Source of the DNA: Dicyema japonicum
Lineage: Eukaryota; Animalia; Dicyemida
Length of the DNA: 64,000 nt
Direction: 5' to 3'
Assembly (NCBI GenBank): GCA_011109175.1
Contig: RDEW01000071.1
Coordinates: 71,632-135,631 of the forward strand
The notes under the pieces are model-generated. The model had not been told where the DNA came from. It worked only from the letters and a program-made list of their open reading frames with translations, and searched no databases. The translations under genes and the position numbers were made by a program. This document shows positions 35,300 through 48,131 of the stretch, one piece after another; the stretch's first letter is position 1, and each line of letters starts with the position of its first letter.

Positions 35300-35712
35300 T
35301 GCAGGACCTACAGTCGAATGCGGTGGACCGATATCTCTGGATGAGTCTTGGGAAGAGGATCTTAAATTGTGTGTAGGGACTTATTTAATTTACATTCTTC
35401 AACGTTCATTGAGCTGGGACACTGAATTACATGAACGTGTACGACGAAGAATATCGATGGACCTTTCAACTAATATAGCCTTTTTCGCATTTGAGTTCAA
35501 CAAAGTCCTTTTGAAAAATAAAGACCTCCGGGACATCCAGCCAGCTTCTCGTCCGCTGTTGCACGGATGATTTAAGCACTGTGTCCGAACTCAATCTAGG
35601 TCATCACAGAGAGTATTTCTTGACTGAGGCTTAGATATTCCTTTAGCTTTGAACGTAAGAAGCTTTAGGGCAAGCAAATTCTCTTGTATCTTCTGTTTTT
35701 TAGACATTTTTC
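35300..35712 (-). mobile_element. RTE LINE 5' fragment
   Basis: MSKKQKIQENLLALKLLTFKAKGISKPQSRNTLCDDLD parallels the RTE start at 63163. Confidence 0.7.
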
Positions 35713-35744
35713 TTAACCGTTATACTTTATTGACCATTAAAACA

Positions 35745-38330
35745 TAAGTTAGTTAGTTGCCGCCTTTACTGCGTGGCTGTTCCCTCTCAGAATTGCGAGC
35801 ATACTCGCTCAAAAGCCAGCGGCGTTCACGGAGATCTTTAGTGCATGAGGTGATCCGGATTCCAAGACGTCCGAAAAACTCGAGTGTAAAAGGGGAGTAG
35901 GATCCGGAAGTCTCCATAACAAGAAGAACAAATTTGACATTATCGGGAAGGTCGACGTATTTTTCGAGTTTGGCCTTCTCCGCCTTGACGATTGCAGAGC
36001 AGGCCTTTGAAGCGCACTCGTGAAGATTGTTCGGGGCGAACGTGTCTGCACATGTTATGTCCAAACAAGTGGTTTCCCGGCCTCAGAGGGAAATATGGTC
36101 CGGTCATTTCCCGTCACTTCTGCATAACCCGACCGGTTCAAGAATGGACGAGTATCCAGGAGCATCCATTGCCCGCTTGACAATCTCATTCAGTGCCTTG
36201 TGCCTTGGAGATCTGTCAGCGCTCTTCTTGCAGGCGAGAGGTGCAGGCCATAGCAGTCTATCAGGCTGTCATATCGGCACGGCTGAGGTACACATACTTT
36301 TAGTCCCAGCCGCAGAGAGACCACTTCTAACGCATTCATCATCCAGAAAGTGCCCAGAATTCCATAGCCATTCTCCGCTCTCAGGGGAAGCCCCCAAAAG
36401 CAAACAAGCGCGTCGGTGCTGATTGGCTGATTCCAGTAGCAGTCCAAATGATTTCCAACATAATGAATTGTCTAGGCTTCGCTGGCAGTCTTGTGAAGGA
36501 GGCAGAGGGAGGTTGATGGCATTCCAGGCTTCTCGTGCGTGTATTATGTCTTGGTCAATTGAAAATTTGGGTAGGGAGTGTAGATCCTCCTGATCAAAGG
36601 TTCGCAGGTCGTGAGTGAAGACAGATGTGCAGGAAGTGAGACGTCCAAAGTACAACGGATTCCAAGACCCCCAAATCTAACTGGGAGTGTAGCTTGCTTC
36701 CATGTAGCATCGTCGAATTTGACATTAAATATTTGCTCCGTCGAGCTGAGGAAAGACAAATCAAAACCCTCAAGGTGCTCCAGTTGGAATAGTACGGGAC
36801 TGTCCTTAGTAAATAGGCGATTCTCTGAATGTTAAACTTCTTTTCATGAGGAATAGTGCTGAGTGTGAGTCAAGTAGCTGTAATCTATCCAGCGATTCGC
36901 ATAGGAGTTGTTTTTTGTCAAGTAGGACATGCTTCATCGCATTACTAGTGATCGGGGATCAAAGAAAAATCAATTTGTTTTCAGGGTCAAAATCCACCAG
37001 AAACAAAGTAAAATTTTGAAACAATTGAAGAGAAGTCATCGTCAGCAAGACCATAGTTTGTTATTTCAGATTTCGTTGTATTCAACTCAATATCCACCTC
37101 GGACAACGCGGGAATGAGTACTTCTAACTCCTGGAAGACCGTTTCCGGGGGACCTCCTAAGACAGGGCCATCGAGGTACCAGATGTTGAGTGAACATCGA
37201 GAGAGCTTCGTAATCGCTCAATTCAGACGGAGAACAACAGTGGTCCGAGGGGTCGCCCTGTTGAACACCTGAGGACGATGAACCATGAAACCCCGTGCAA
37301 TAGTGACGTAGGCTTTCCGTATGAATAATTGACCAGTTCAAATATATGTGGACATCTTTCTTTGCATGCCTCCAGAATGCAGTCTCTTCTTAAACTGTTA
37401 AAAGCGTTCTTGATGTCCAGCTTTACCATAATGTGCCTTTTAAAGTCTTGAATACTGCTGTTCCTGAATGTCCTGACGGAGTGAACTCCGACTCCAACTT
37501 GACTGGGAAGTAAGGATTTTGACAAGATTGACGTAGAAAATCTGAAAGCAATCTTGGATGCTAGTCTACTGAGGGTGAATCCGATCGAGATCGGGCGGTT
37601 TCCACCTCCCTTCTTGTCGAATGCAATCAGACTAGCCGAAAACAAGATACATCCAGACAATATCCTGTTCATGAGAGAAGTGAGTAAGAAGAGAGACGAC
37701 ATGATTGGTCTCCAATAGTCGGTGAAATAAGGTCTTTAAGATGGCCGGGCCTTAAGCCATCGAGACCTCCATTGCTACTTGGTGCAAAGTTCGATAACGC
37801 CGTGATGACATCCTCAAGAGACGTGATCAAAGGGGTCACTTTTGATAGGGGTGAACAGTGGCGTAGGTCATTCGGAGAGGGTGGATGCTTCTCCAATAGA
37901 ATCTTGTAAGTATTGGTTGGATTGCGTGGGCCGCCTGAGAGTGACAGGGCATTCAATGCGGATCGGGTTATTCCTTCAAGCAACTTCGATCGGTCCTTCT
38001 TTGGCGAAAAATCTCCGTTTCCCGAGTTGAACTTCGAGTCTCAGTTGAACGGATGCAAAGGGACGGGAGGTCCATAAAGTGAGTTCCATCCATAAATGCG
38101 CGGATGTTGTTCTTCATTTCAATCAAGAGAGACTGCTTCCCATTGCGATCTTGGGGGAGCCAAGTGCGAAAGGAGCGAAATTAAACAAACGTAGCCAGTT
38201 GTTTATAGAGTCGGAGCAGAGTGCATCGTCGATTGCTTTGGTTAAGGCTTCGGCATGAACATTCGGCTGCTTAAATTTTCAGGGCCACCTTCCCGTGATC
38301 TGGAGTCTAGCTCATAAGGGCCTCCAGAGG
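35745..38330 (-). mobile_element. CRE-clade non-LTR retrotransposon (RT + zinc finger + RLE), degraded
   Basis: GGLDGLRPGHL, LIAFDKKGGGNRPISIG, SQVGVG, KLDIKNAFNS, GVQQGDPLGPLLF, WKQATLPVRFGGLG, RHKALNEIV, LEP..SDGK.PD..WDITCADT; ends (AACT)3. Confidence 0.9.
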
Positions 38331-38859
38331 CGTAGTTGGTTGTATTAATATGACTCATGTGTTTATGCTAAAGATAATTATAGCAACATAAATCACTGCA
38401 TGGTCGTGAAAAAAGATATATTCTAAGTTACACTCTATCCATATGTGTCTTTGACACATAAAGTGATCATTATCCATATTTTTAAAGATTCACTATTGAG
38501 TAGGCTTAACTAAATTATATTTTCGCTGCCTGAAACTTTTTAAAGATTTTTCTTTATTCTTTGAGACTCCAATAATAATGGTGCTCATAGGAATTGTGTG
38601 CAAATCACGTCCGGAAAGAAATTGAAATAATTTAAAGGACCATGTGTCATAAGATGGACGCATTGACTGATAATTAATATGAGACTACCTATGTTGCTAA
38701 TAATACGAGCACTTGAAGTATCACCTGTGCCTTACTCCTTTCAATATTCTTTGTTGAATAGACAGACTTACCAATATAGACAAAGGCATTACTAGAGAGG
38801 TGTAACCACCCAACCAACAATTTTAGTAAAATAAACAAAATTTGTAAATTTATTAAACC

Positions 38860-39953
38860 TTAATCATCCTTATTAGGTTTCTGGTTAACATACATTCTCC
38901 GTTTAACCTGGCCCACCAATGTAGTATCATCCACATAATTGTTTATAAGTGAGCCCACAAATGTCGAACTCACAACTTCTGAGGTCCTCTTAGTTGCGAC
39001 TTCTTCCTCACGAATTTTACTTTCATATTGCAAAACACGACTGCGACGTTGTTGAGCGTGCAATTCAGCGTCCATTTTCATCTCCTCCCGTTTTCTGTCC
39101 ATTTCATCTCGCCTTTTTTTCTCATCACTCTCACTCCGCTTGTCATACAATGTGAAATGCCTCTCTTTTCTTCTATCATACCTCTTGTGCCTGTTATGAG
39201 GATTCGATGGGGATCTTCGTCTCCTTGCGGATCCGGACCGACAATCAGGAGATCTGCAAATTTAATGAACATATAAATGAAAATAAAAAATTAAATTAAA
39301 AAAATGAAGAAATATTTTTTAATAATTGAAAAAAAATAAAAAAAAGACATACCTAATATCTCTGCGTACCTGGTCTTTAGGATATCTTGTCCGATATTCG
39401 GGGGATCTCCTAAAATATATGAATAGGGAGTAAAATTATTTTTAATTTTTAAAAATATATTAAAATATTTACTTATCTCTATCTCTGCGCACGTGCTTAT
39501 TGTGATCTTCATCTTTCTTGGATTTTGTTCCCTGCTTGTCTGGAGTCTCTTGGACTATGTCTTTAAAGTACTTATTAAATAGTTTCTCATTTGTGGCTGT
39601 CTCTCGATCAATCTATTAGTTAAACTTTGAATTTACTTGTTCTTTGATTTTCCTCATTTTTATTGGGTTGTTGAGCATCTTGTTCATGGCCTCCATCTCT
39701 TTTTTTCTAAGAAATATACCAAAATGTGTTCTACCGAACTATGAATAAAGGATCTTCGCGCATTTTCGCCTGCATGTCGATTCTGGCCTTGTTATTCAGG
39801 TGCTTTTTTGTGTCGTCAGCTGTAGGATAATTGGATATTTAAATTACTCAGATTTTTAAGTTCTTCCTCCGTAATTCGTTTTCCCATTAGAAACTCTTCT
39901 TTGTTGACTTTATCGTCGTACATCCAATTCATATTACAATCCTTCGAATCCAT
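38860..39953 (-). CDS. CWC25: Pre-mRNA splicing factor CWC25
   Basis: Introns 39847-39820, 39734-39707, 39636-39613, 39472-39410, 39352-39254 (28/28/24/63/99 nt) give NWMY..VNKEEFLMG..DMQAKMREDPLFIVRKKE..LNNPIKMRKIKE..REEMKMDA..QVKRRMY, matching CWC25-domain motifs. Confidence 0.85.
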
Positions 39954-40099
39954 CACAACGAACAACAAATAAATAATTTTTTTATTTATATTTAAATATT
40001 TAAAATTTTTCAGTTTAAAAATAATATTAACGATATAATTTAATACAGCCGACAATCAGCCAGGGTCCATGTTGGACAAACCTGTCATTACGGATCTAA

Positions 40100-41000
40100 A
40101 AAAGATCAATGTCTTTCAAAAAGTAGTCACTAGTTCTAGACACAGATTATACTCCTAACCGTCAAGACCAACTCCTTTCGATGCACTTGTGAGGAGAACG
40201 TAGTTACTGTACGTATAACGATTAGCAATTTTTCATTGACTTAGCGATTACCATCATCATTAGTGTATTTGGATTGATTTCTACATAGAAATGGGTACAA
40301 ATGAATTTGATCCCGAACACTCTTACAGCCTGTATCTTTTTTGATTATTTAGGTTGTGACTTGAAAATAACACCATCCTACAGCTTCAAGGTGTTTGGTG
40401 AGGAGGTATTGTTGCATCTGGCCGACAGAGATAATGTTATTGTTGAGCCACAACTTGGGAGTAACTGGTAAAAACATTTCCAAATTTACAAAGGTAAACT
40501 GAAAGTGTCTCCGTTAGTGTTTACACAGGAAGTCGATAGTAGGACGGATGTTTAAAAAAGGATTTTCAAAACGTATTACGGATTAAAATAGTAGATTTTC
40601 TAGCTCTTGACAGAACCTGTAGAATCCGGGGCCATTCCTTCGTATTGATGACTCCGACTGAGGAGTGATGTGGTTAGGATCTGTTCAAATCTATAAAAGA
40701 AAGAGAGTCTTCTAGTGTAAGGAACTGATATTGTCCAATAAAGACTGCATACATACGTGTAACACAAGTATGATCTATGGAGGGAACAATTATTCGTCTA
40801 TATATTTTACTGGAAAAGGGCTCTTCGCAAAAATTGTCATAAGCATATTCAACATCTTACGTTTTTTTGTTAGGATTTGGAAGGCATGCCTTGTAAATGT
40901 CATACGCCACGGGTTTTAGGGTTTTTTAAAAAGGCTATAGGCATGTGTTTACAAAAAACCTAGTAAAAAAGATCCTGCGTAGATAGAGTGAAGGTAGATT
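40100..41000 (-). mobile_element. Gypsy-like integrase remnant
   Basis: EPFSSKIY.. and HITPQSESSIRR.. resemble rve motifs; many stops. Confidence 0.4.
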
Positions 41001-41099
41001 TTAATGATGCAAATACAGTTTATTCCTTACGAGTCAATTCATAATAAAATCAAAGTAAGCATGGATTCCCATAATCACCATAGAAGGAACACTGTTTCA

Positions 41100-41460
41100 T
41101 TGTTATTTATTTATCCTCGGTTCTTTTTGGTGATAGAAATAGGTGGATGACTACCAATGATGGACGTTCCCAGAGATCCAAAAGGTTGATACCATGCAGA
41201 GAAGACACAAAAGGAGAGCGAAGACAAAAGAAAAGCTAATCTGTCTCGTGGTCATCAAGTGTATATAAAGGGGAAAAGGCGACGAAGTGGATTTTGTACA
41301 GGTAATCGTTGAGATCCACGAGATGACAACAGAGGAGGAGCTCAGGTTAACTCGAATTTCATGGAAAAAAATAAGATTCACAGACATCGATGCTCTATGA
41401 AGATCGACCAAGATAATTGATAAATTCAAGCATTTGGAACGCATTTGCCGACACGTTCCA
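41100..41460 (-). mobile_element. Jockey/I-like LINE RT fragment
   Basis: ..TITCTKSTSSPF.. matches TISATKSICSTF of the 24 kb LINE; family-type tail at 41100-41130. Confidence 0.55.
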
Positions 41461-41474
41461 TTGTTTCTGTTAAT

Positions 41475-41830
41475 AAATTATTATTATTAACGCAGGATCA
41501 CCGGGTTAAGGGAAAAAAGAAAAAATTATCAGCTGACTAAGTCACCCCAGATGGTGAAAGCTTAAGACGAAAATCCTGATAGCTCAAGAGAAAGATATTT
41601 GTTGTCGTTTTATGGTATTTGTTCATGGCTTCATACAGGAGCTGTTAGGCAGAGTAGCAACCCTCACTATCTTCTGTGGCCGTCAAATCAAAACTGCTTG
41701 TAGACAGACGAACATAAAGTTGCGGTCAATGTCTCTTTTTGCAGTTTTCTATATTGGAGACAGTTTCAGGAGAGAGAATGAGAAATAGTCAACGACTCAC
41801 TTTGGTAGGTCAATGCCGGTTGTACAAAAA
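41475..41830 (-). mobile_element. Jockey/I-like LINE 3' end
   Basis: RC tail CCCGGTGATCCTGCG+(AAT)n stem-loop as in other family members. Confidence 0.5.
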
Positions 41831-42053
41831 ATTGTGTTAATAAAGTTAATTTGTAAAGTTAATAAATATAAAAATTTTAAATTTATTAATTGTTATTTGA
41901 AGTTAAATAAAAGTTCAAGATTACTATATTCTTTAGTGGTATTTTATTCATCATTATAATTTTCTATGTATTTTTCACATATTGTTTCATTTTCCTACTA
42001 AAAGCCTATATATTCTACTTCAGATAATTTATCTTTATCGTTTCTTCTAGCAG

Positions 42054-43376
42054 ATGTCTAACGAATTACCCATGATTTAGAAGAGGGAGAAATTATAGAC
42101 GACGTCACCACGATTCAACCAAAATTTTCTGGCAAAACTAAAGCGTCAAGAACTTTTAAAAAGACATCTAACACTTTCAAACAAAAGAGGTTTCCATGTG
42201 AAATCTCGCCAAAAATTGAAGGAAATAGTCGCAGCTCCCACATAGAGATGGACCCTGCCATTGATGTCTGTGAAAATGAGGTCAAATTAGTAAACACTGT
42301 AGGATATTCTGCGAGAGACTAGAAAGAACTTCATGAGCGCCTCCAAAAGGGATAAAATCCGTAGAAGGAAGAAATACATAGAGCGGGAGAACGCCAGGGC
42401 CAGGCCTTCTATCAGGCAGCGACGGTTTCTTTCCCCCTGTCCCCTCTACAGTACCAGCAGCTGTCCAAAGGGCTCCAAATGTGAGTTTCTTCACGGTTTG
42501 ACTGTCTCCTGACCATAGGGGATTACCCATGTGTGCGATTCCACATGACAGGATATTGCCATGAGAAAGAAAAGTGTCGTTTCTCCCACGCTGAGTTGAC
42601 CAGTATGACTGTCCAATTATTGACCGTCTGAGAAAGCAAGGCCACCGCTTCAATCACAAAAATTTCACAAAGGGCAAACAAAAATATAAAAAGCCGAAAG
42701 CTCCACAACGAACAAATAATTCAAAATTTAATTATCGATCAAAAAAGTCACCCAAAAAACCTACGAAATTTCCCGCCAAAGTTTCACAGAATAAACCCGG
42801 AAAAAGCACATAAAAATTCCCGCCAAACTATCACCGAAAAAGTCATCCAAGAAATTTAGGCGAAGGCGCGTCAAATCTTTCAAGATAGACAAAACTAGTG
42901 AAATAATGACAAAACAGAAAAAATTAGAACCTCGCATGGATGTTGTCGAACTACTGAAACCTGAGTCAGAGAGTGAGTTTATTTCTTGTAAAGTAGAACG
43001 TGTAAATGTGGAATATGACGAGTTTTTTTCGTTTAGTGATTGTTTTGATTTTCGAAAATTGAAGGATTCTTTGAACGCTTCTGATTGTCCTCTTCCGTCT
43101 TTCAGGGAGTTTAAATTTTACAATTTCTTGCCTAACAGAGAGAATTCACTTTTGGAAAAACCTGATTCCTCTAAAATTGAATCTCCCGTGAAGTTTAATG
43201 GTCCATGTTTCATTGATATGAAACCACGTGGTATGGAATTTAAAGAAGTGTCCAGTGTTCCACCGAAAAGTGAATTAAATGAGCAAAAACAGTATTTTTC
43301 TCCGGAGATCCATAAAATTTTGGGTTCATTAATCTTCAGCTATTTGGATGATGAATTGGATATTCACTGTAAATGA
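42054..43376 (+). CDS. CCCH zinc-finger protein of ZC3H4/ZC3H6/ZC3H8 (Su(s)) type; three apparent single-base frameshifts
   Basis: DLEEGEII N-terminal motif; introns 42281-42302 (22 nt) and 42496-42518 (23 nt) give CPLYSTSSCPKGSKCEFLHGDYPCVRFHMTGYCHEKEKCRFSH, matching the HGDFPCKLYH..C..GDDCMFSH pattern. Confidence 0.75.
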
Positions 43377-44949
43377 TTCAGTTTTGATAATAAAATATTA
43401 TCTCATTTTGGTCGAACATCTCTCATTTTGATAGTTCGCTTTGTCAACTATCGGTTTATGAAGTTGTAATGTTTACTAAAGTTAATGTGGTAGTATGATA
43501 TGGATAGATCTCTGAGGTTATTGAGGATGCCTTTATTGAATATCTAATTTCTTTATGTCAATTTATTGGACACTGTGGACTAAAAACAGATAGTTTCGTG
43601 TTAGAATTTTAGCTGAGGTAAACTCAATTTATAATGTCGGCAATGTGCATTTGAAAAATTTAGGGGATTCGTCTATTTCGACAATAAACATCAACCTATG
43701 TTATTATCATTGGTGACACCCATTATCTTCCTTGGAATCAAAGACAAACTCAAAAATATACAGTTCAATCAATGATAGTTACACAGCTTCATAACGATGA
43801 TCCTGACGGAGTTATGTATTTGTTGTACACATTGGGGAAATCCGTTAGGTAGTAGCCATGATTTCTCTCTAAGATGCCAAGGGTTATGGGATAGATAACT
43901 CTCACTCCAATAGGATCTCTTCGAAGTGATGCGAACCCCGCTAAGGACTTTGTTTGAGACAAAGGCTCGAATTGGCGGTGATCAGAAAGAACGTTCACGC
44001 AATCTCAAGTAGTCGAATTCCTTGTTTATGTTTTAGCGATTAAATGATAATTATGAACAGACAGTCGACAATTAATAAATAATAATTTCTCGTGTTTAAG
44101 CAAAGAGATAGGAAACCAATAAAGGAAAAAGTTACCAATATGGAGGAAGTCTTTAGATAAACACAATTTCCTCACATTTAAATTAGGCAGGATTCGAACC
44201 CAGGAATAAGTGTATATGACGTTCCCTTATTCCAAAAGTCGATTTTCTGACGTTTCTTGAGTCCTTAAGAAGAGGGAGAAAAGTTATATCCGTCTTTTGA
44301 GTCCATTAGGTTGTTTTCAAAAATATTATATATGGCTACTGATTTAAAGCGAGGCATATTCCATACCACTCCCAGCTACTTTAAAATTTCAGTTATTTGT
44401 AAACCATATTGTATTAATTTCGACCAACATGAGATGTGTGAAACAACTAGAATCAGAAGACCAATTAATACTGGGTAACAGAAAAGAGATATTAACAATT
44501 GTGATTATCCAGTACACCCTAGCATACTCTAATTTGTATATAAATATGTTCTAAGTGGAAATATAATGGAATCTCTTGATTTATAGCAAGAAAACCCAAA
44601 TCGAATGTTATTGAATTGTTATAATTTTATTCTGACATGGGGGACCTAATGAGCATTATGAAACGCACAGCTAAACATATTTGTTACCTAGATCCTTCAA
44701 GAATATGACTTTATGCACTAAACACATAGTCTTCCCGAGCCATACGGGTAGTTGGAATCAACGAAACCAAGACTGTTGAAGACTGATATCAAATTTCATC
44801 TATTCATTATTTAGTTGCAACTTCAAAACGAACTTTACTTCTCAGAGATAGTGTTTCTAGAGATACTGTAAAATCCAGACATTATTTAAACTTGAAAATA
44901 AACCTTAATAATTTAAGGATTGTGAACAGTAACTAGGCATCCAAGTCTG

Positions 44950-45435
44950 CTTCCACTATATATTCTCCCAGTAAACGTCATGTACCAATCATATTTAGTA
45001 ATTTTCTGTGAGCCCTGCTGGCTATTTGACCGAATCTCGCTCGTCATTCCGAGAGGGAATAGCTACGCAGTCAGAGCGGCCACTATATGACCATTTGCTT
45101 ACTTTCTCCGTATAAACTGTTCATCAGAATCAATGTAATATTTATGGTAAACCCCAATGTTGTTTAATAAATCCTAAAGTGGTATCAGATTAAATATTTA
45201 GTATTCAGGCAATTAAACCACGTGTTTGCATTAATGTTATTGATTAGTTTGTCTAGCTTTCTCAGAGGACGGTCATTGCCTGACCGACATCCTAAAAACA
45301 TATAAGCCATACTTCACGAGAAAAATACCCAAAATAAAGGATATGAACCGACATGAGGTTTGGACGGGATCCCTCCCACTCAGGAGAACTGGTTAAAACC
45401 TATTTTGGTATATCCTGGGTTATTAAAATAAATGT
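44950..45435 (+). mobile_element. Jockey/I-like LINE 3' remnant
   Basis: Ends GGGATCCC..TTGGTATATCCTGGGTTATTAAAATAAA, like 25107-25140. Confidence 0.5.
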
Positions 45436-45613
45436 TAAGGATAGACTTGGGGCTCACATCGGAGATGAAAAAAGACAATGTTAAGCATGTAAAAATCTCC
45501 TACTATTCCATGTGAAAGGACTCATATTGTCATAATATGTCACATCTTGGACTCGTTACCTCACATTATCATAAAGATGACTCATTATAGTAGATTTATA
45601 GTAATTAATTTGG

Positions 45614-45847
45614 GTACTGGTGTACTTGTGTCCCTCCTAAGCACCTATAGTACACATCCATAAATAATAATTTTCATTATTAGGGATAGGCTTAAAGTAA
45701 GGGGTTGGATAAGGGTATGGGTATAGAGTTAGGAACAAAGGTTGACATAAAACTCATCAAGTAAAAAATTAAAAAAATTATGATCAAAAAATTATTATTT
45801 TTATGTGGTACTATAAGTGCTTAGGAGGGAGACAAGTGAACTAGTAC
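45614..45847. mobile_element. MITE with ~55-bp TIRs and an internal telomere-like G-rich tract
   Basis: GTACTGGTGTACTTGTGTCCCTCCTAAGCACCTATAGTAC..ATAAATAATAATTT is inverted at 45790-45847; TA flanks; internal TAGGGATAGG..GGGGTTGGATAAGGGTATGGG..TTAGG. Confidence 0.85.
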
Positions 45848-47496
45848 ATTAATTTGCGCTAAATTAAAATATATCGGTTGGATTCCATGTACGGGGATTC
45901 GTAACAAATGAAGAATAGTCTTGTATTAATGGAATTACGTTACCAAATTTGTCGAAACAGAAAAGATATAGAATTTTTAAAGATCATAAACTCCGTCATA
46001 AAAAAGCTGTACTTAAAATCTGAAAATGGAGAAGATAATTGCATAGAGGACTGAAACAGATTCAGTACATTTAAACAAGTTCTATTGTGTGTAAGTTCTT
46101 CAACATCAAAAAGTGATTGATAATTATTAGAAATGCATAATTTTAATTCCACAAAAGTATTTTTTATGTATTTTATGAATTTAATAATTATAGAAAATAT
46201 AACTTTTAGAAAGCAATTATTTTATTCCCCAAGACTATATTAATGAAGTGTTTCCCCTCTGGACAGCTATGGAGACCAACTGAATGAGTCAGTGTGTTCA
46301 CGGTCATCATGGCTTTTGAAGGAATTGCTCCGGTTATTAACAACGTAAGTAGCGGTTGAGGAGTCCATTGTACTTATTTTATTTAACTCTTTCCGTGTAA
46401 AGTGCCTTTACCGTACTCCCGATGATGTTGGTGGGCGACAGAGAGTATACACATGTTGCAGCCCAAATTTAAATTTCTAAATAACATCATGTTTTTGCGA
46501 CAATGCTAAATGAAAGAATCAATTTGATAGATTTGAAAATGTTAGAATTTTCATCATTGATGTTTGTAGCATAAGTTTAATATTTGTAATTATCTGTAAG
46601 CTTACAATAGAACTTCTGAATAAATCTGTGCAAATTAAGTGAAATTTTTATAAGCATGGGGATGAAAAATTTTACAGTCGATTGATCGTCTCAAAGAAAA
46701 ACTTCTATTAGACTCGGGAGATATTCTAAACTGAAGTATGAAACCATCAGGTACATAAATGTCTACTCTTGAGACACGTATGCCTAAATGTGTGTCTCAT
46801 TTTGATTGGTTTATATCCCAGTTCTGTCAACATGTGTCCTATTTCGAATGTCAAATCTTATAAACTAAATTGCACTTTTTATGTGATTAAGTCTATTAAA
46901 AATGATCATCTAGTGATTTGACGAGAGTGAGTTATCCTTTCCCTGAAAGTTCTTGTCCACTAGGCCTGCCTCCACTGGGCTCGCAACGCAGGTTTACAAG
47001 CCCATATTAACAGAATAGGCTTTGTCGCTTGTATGGTGGACACTTATTGGAATATTAAAAATTACGGACACATAGGCAATTATATTAAATCTGATTGAAA
47101 CTGGTTATGAAGAGTAGACAAATTATAAGTCAATAATACAAGTATCTCCTCTGGAACTAGTTGATTGTATGGGAGAAGTGAACTGAGTTGTTAATAGTTT
47201 ATAAATCAGATGTTATACAGTTCCCACGGTCAAGTGATATATTTCCATTGTGGGAACCCATCCAATGGAGTGAAGAAGAGAAGAAATGAGCTGGAGTCTT
47301 TTGAGTTAAGTGGGTCCCATCTCCGTGTTTCGAAATAAGAATCAGTAGAACAAAATAAAAAATGTAAACAGATTACCACTCAAGACAGTCGATATAAAAA
47401 AAGGATAATTAATGTTTAAAAAACTTATTTAAAATAGGCGCCAAAAATTAGCCAAAAGTCACTTCTTGTGGACAACATCAAGAACCAACCAAAAAG

Positions 47497-48131
47497 TCAA
47501 AATAAGAATACCTTACGGATATTCTTCAAAGAGGAACCAATCCCCTTGACATCCACATGCTTATCAACCAGAATCATGTCGTCTTCGCACTTGTTTTCAA
47601 CCCCCAATCTTGATGACTGGCATTCTCTCAGAAATTCCTCAAATCCGACCTCATCGAATTGATCAAATCTTGATGTTGGAGTCACATTGACAATATTTTC
47701 AACAAATGAGGACCTCCCATCCTCAAAGGAAGAAACGACATCGGCTGAGTCAATGTAATTGAATTGATTGCAAATGAATTCTCTTATATTCACTCACATC
47801 AGCTAACTTAACGTTCTTCGGTAAGTGGGACTCATCATTGACAAGGATTTTGTCGCAGATCTTGTTGACTTCCTTTCTTATTTCAGGCTCTAAGAGATCT
47901 TCGTAGTTCGTGAAAGTTCTGGGAAGGAGTATTTTGAGTTTCTTTGCTGCTTTGAGAAGCTCTAGGACTAATTAATTATATTTTACGTTCACATATTAAT
48001 TTTAAGTCGTTAGTTGCATATTTTGTAAGAGAGTGGTCAAGTTCAGTGTCATATCTGCAAACTTTAGGTCCAAACAGTCACTTTGATAATGCCGTTCTTA
48101 GTTTATTCATGGTCAACAAAACTTGATCCAT
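47497..48131 (-). CDS. Hypothetical protein (orphan) with three tiny introns
   Basis: Introns 48081-48055, 47986-47962, 47807-47783 (27/25/25 nt) join one open frame MDQVLLTMNKLRTALSKYDTELD..LLKAAKKL..KEFICNQF..; no family recognised; start and end uncertain. Confidence 0.6.

Noticed and set aside
43789-43998. 69-aa ORF with weak resemblance to Gypsy RNase H (SDHRQFEPL)
   Set aside because: A single loose motif; not enough to assign.
44185-44205. Isolated B-box-like GGATTCGAACC
   Set aside because: No cloverleaf or A-box around it.
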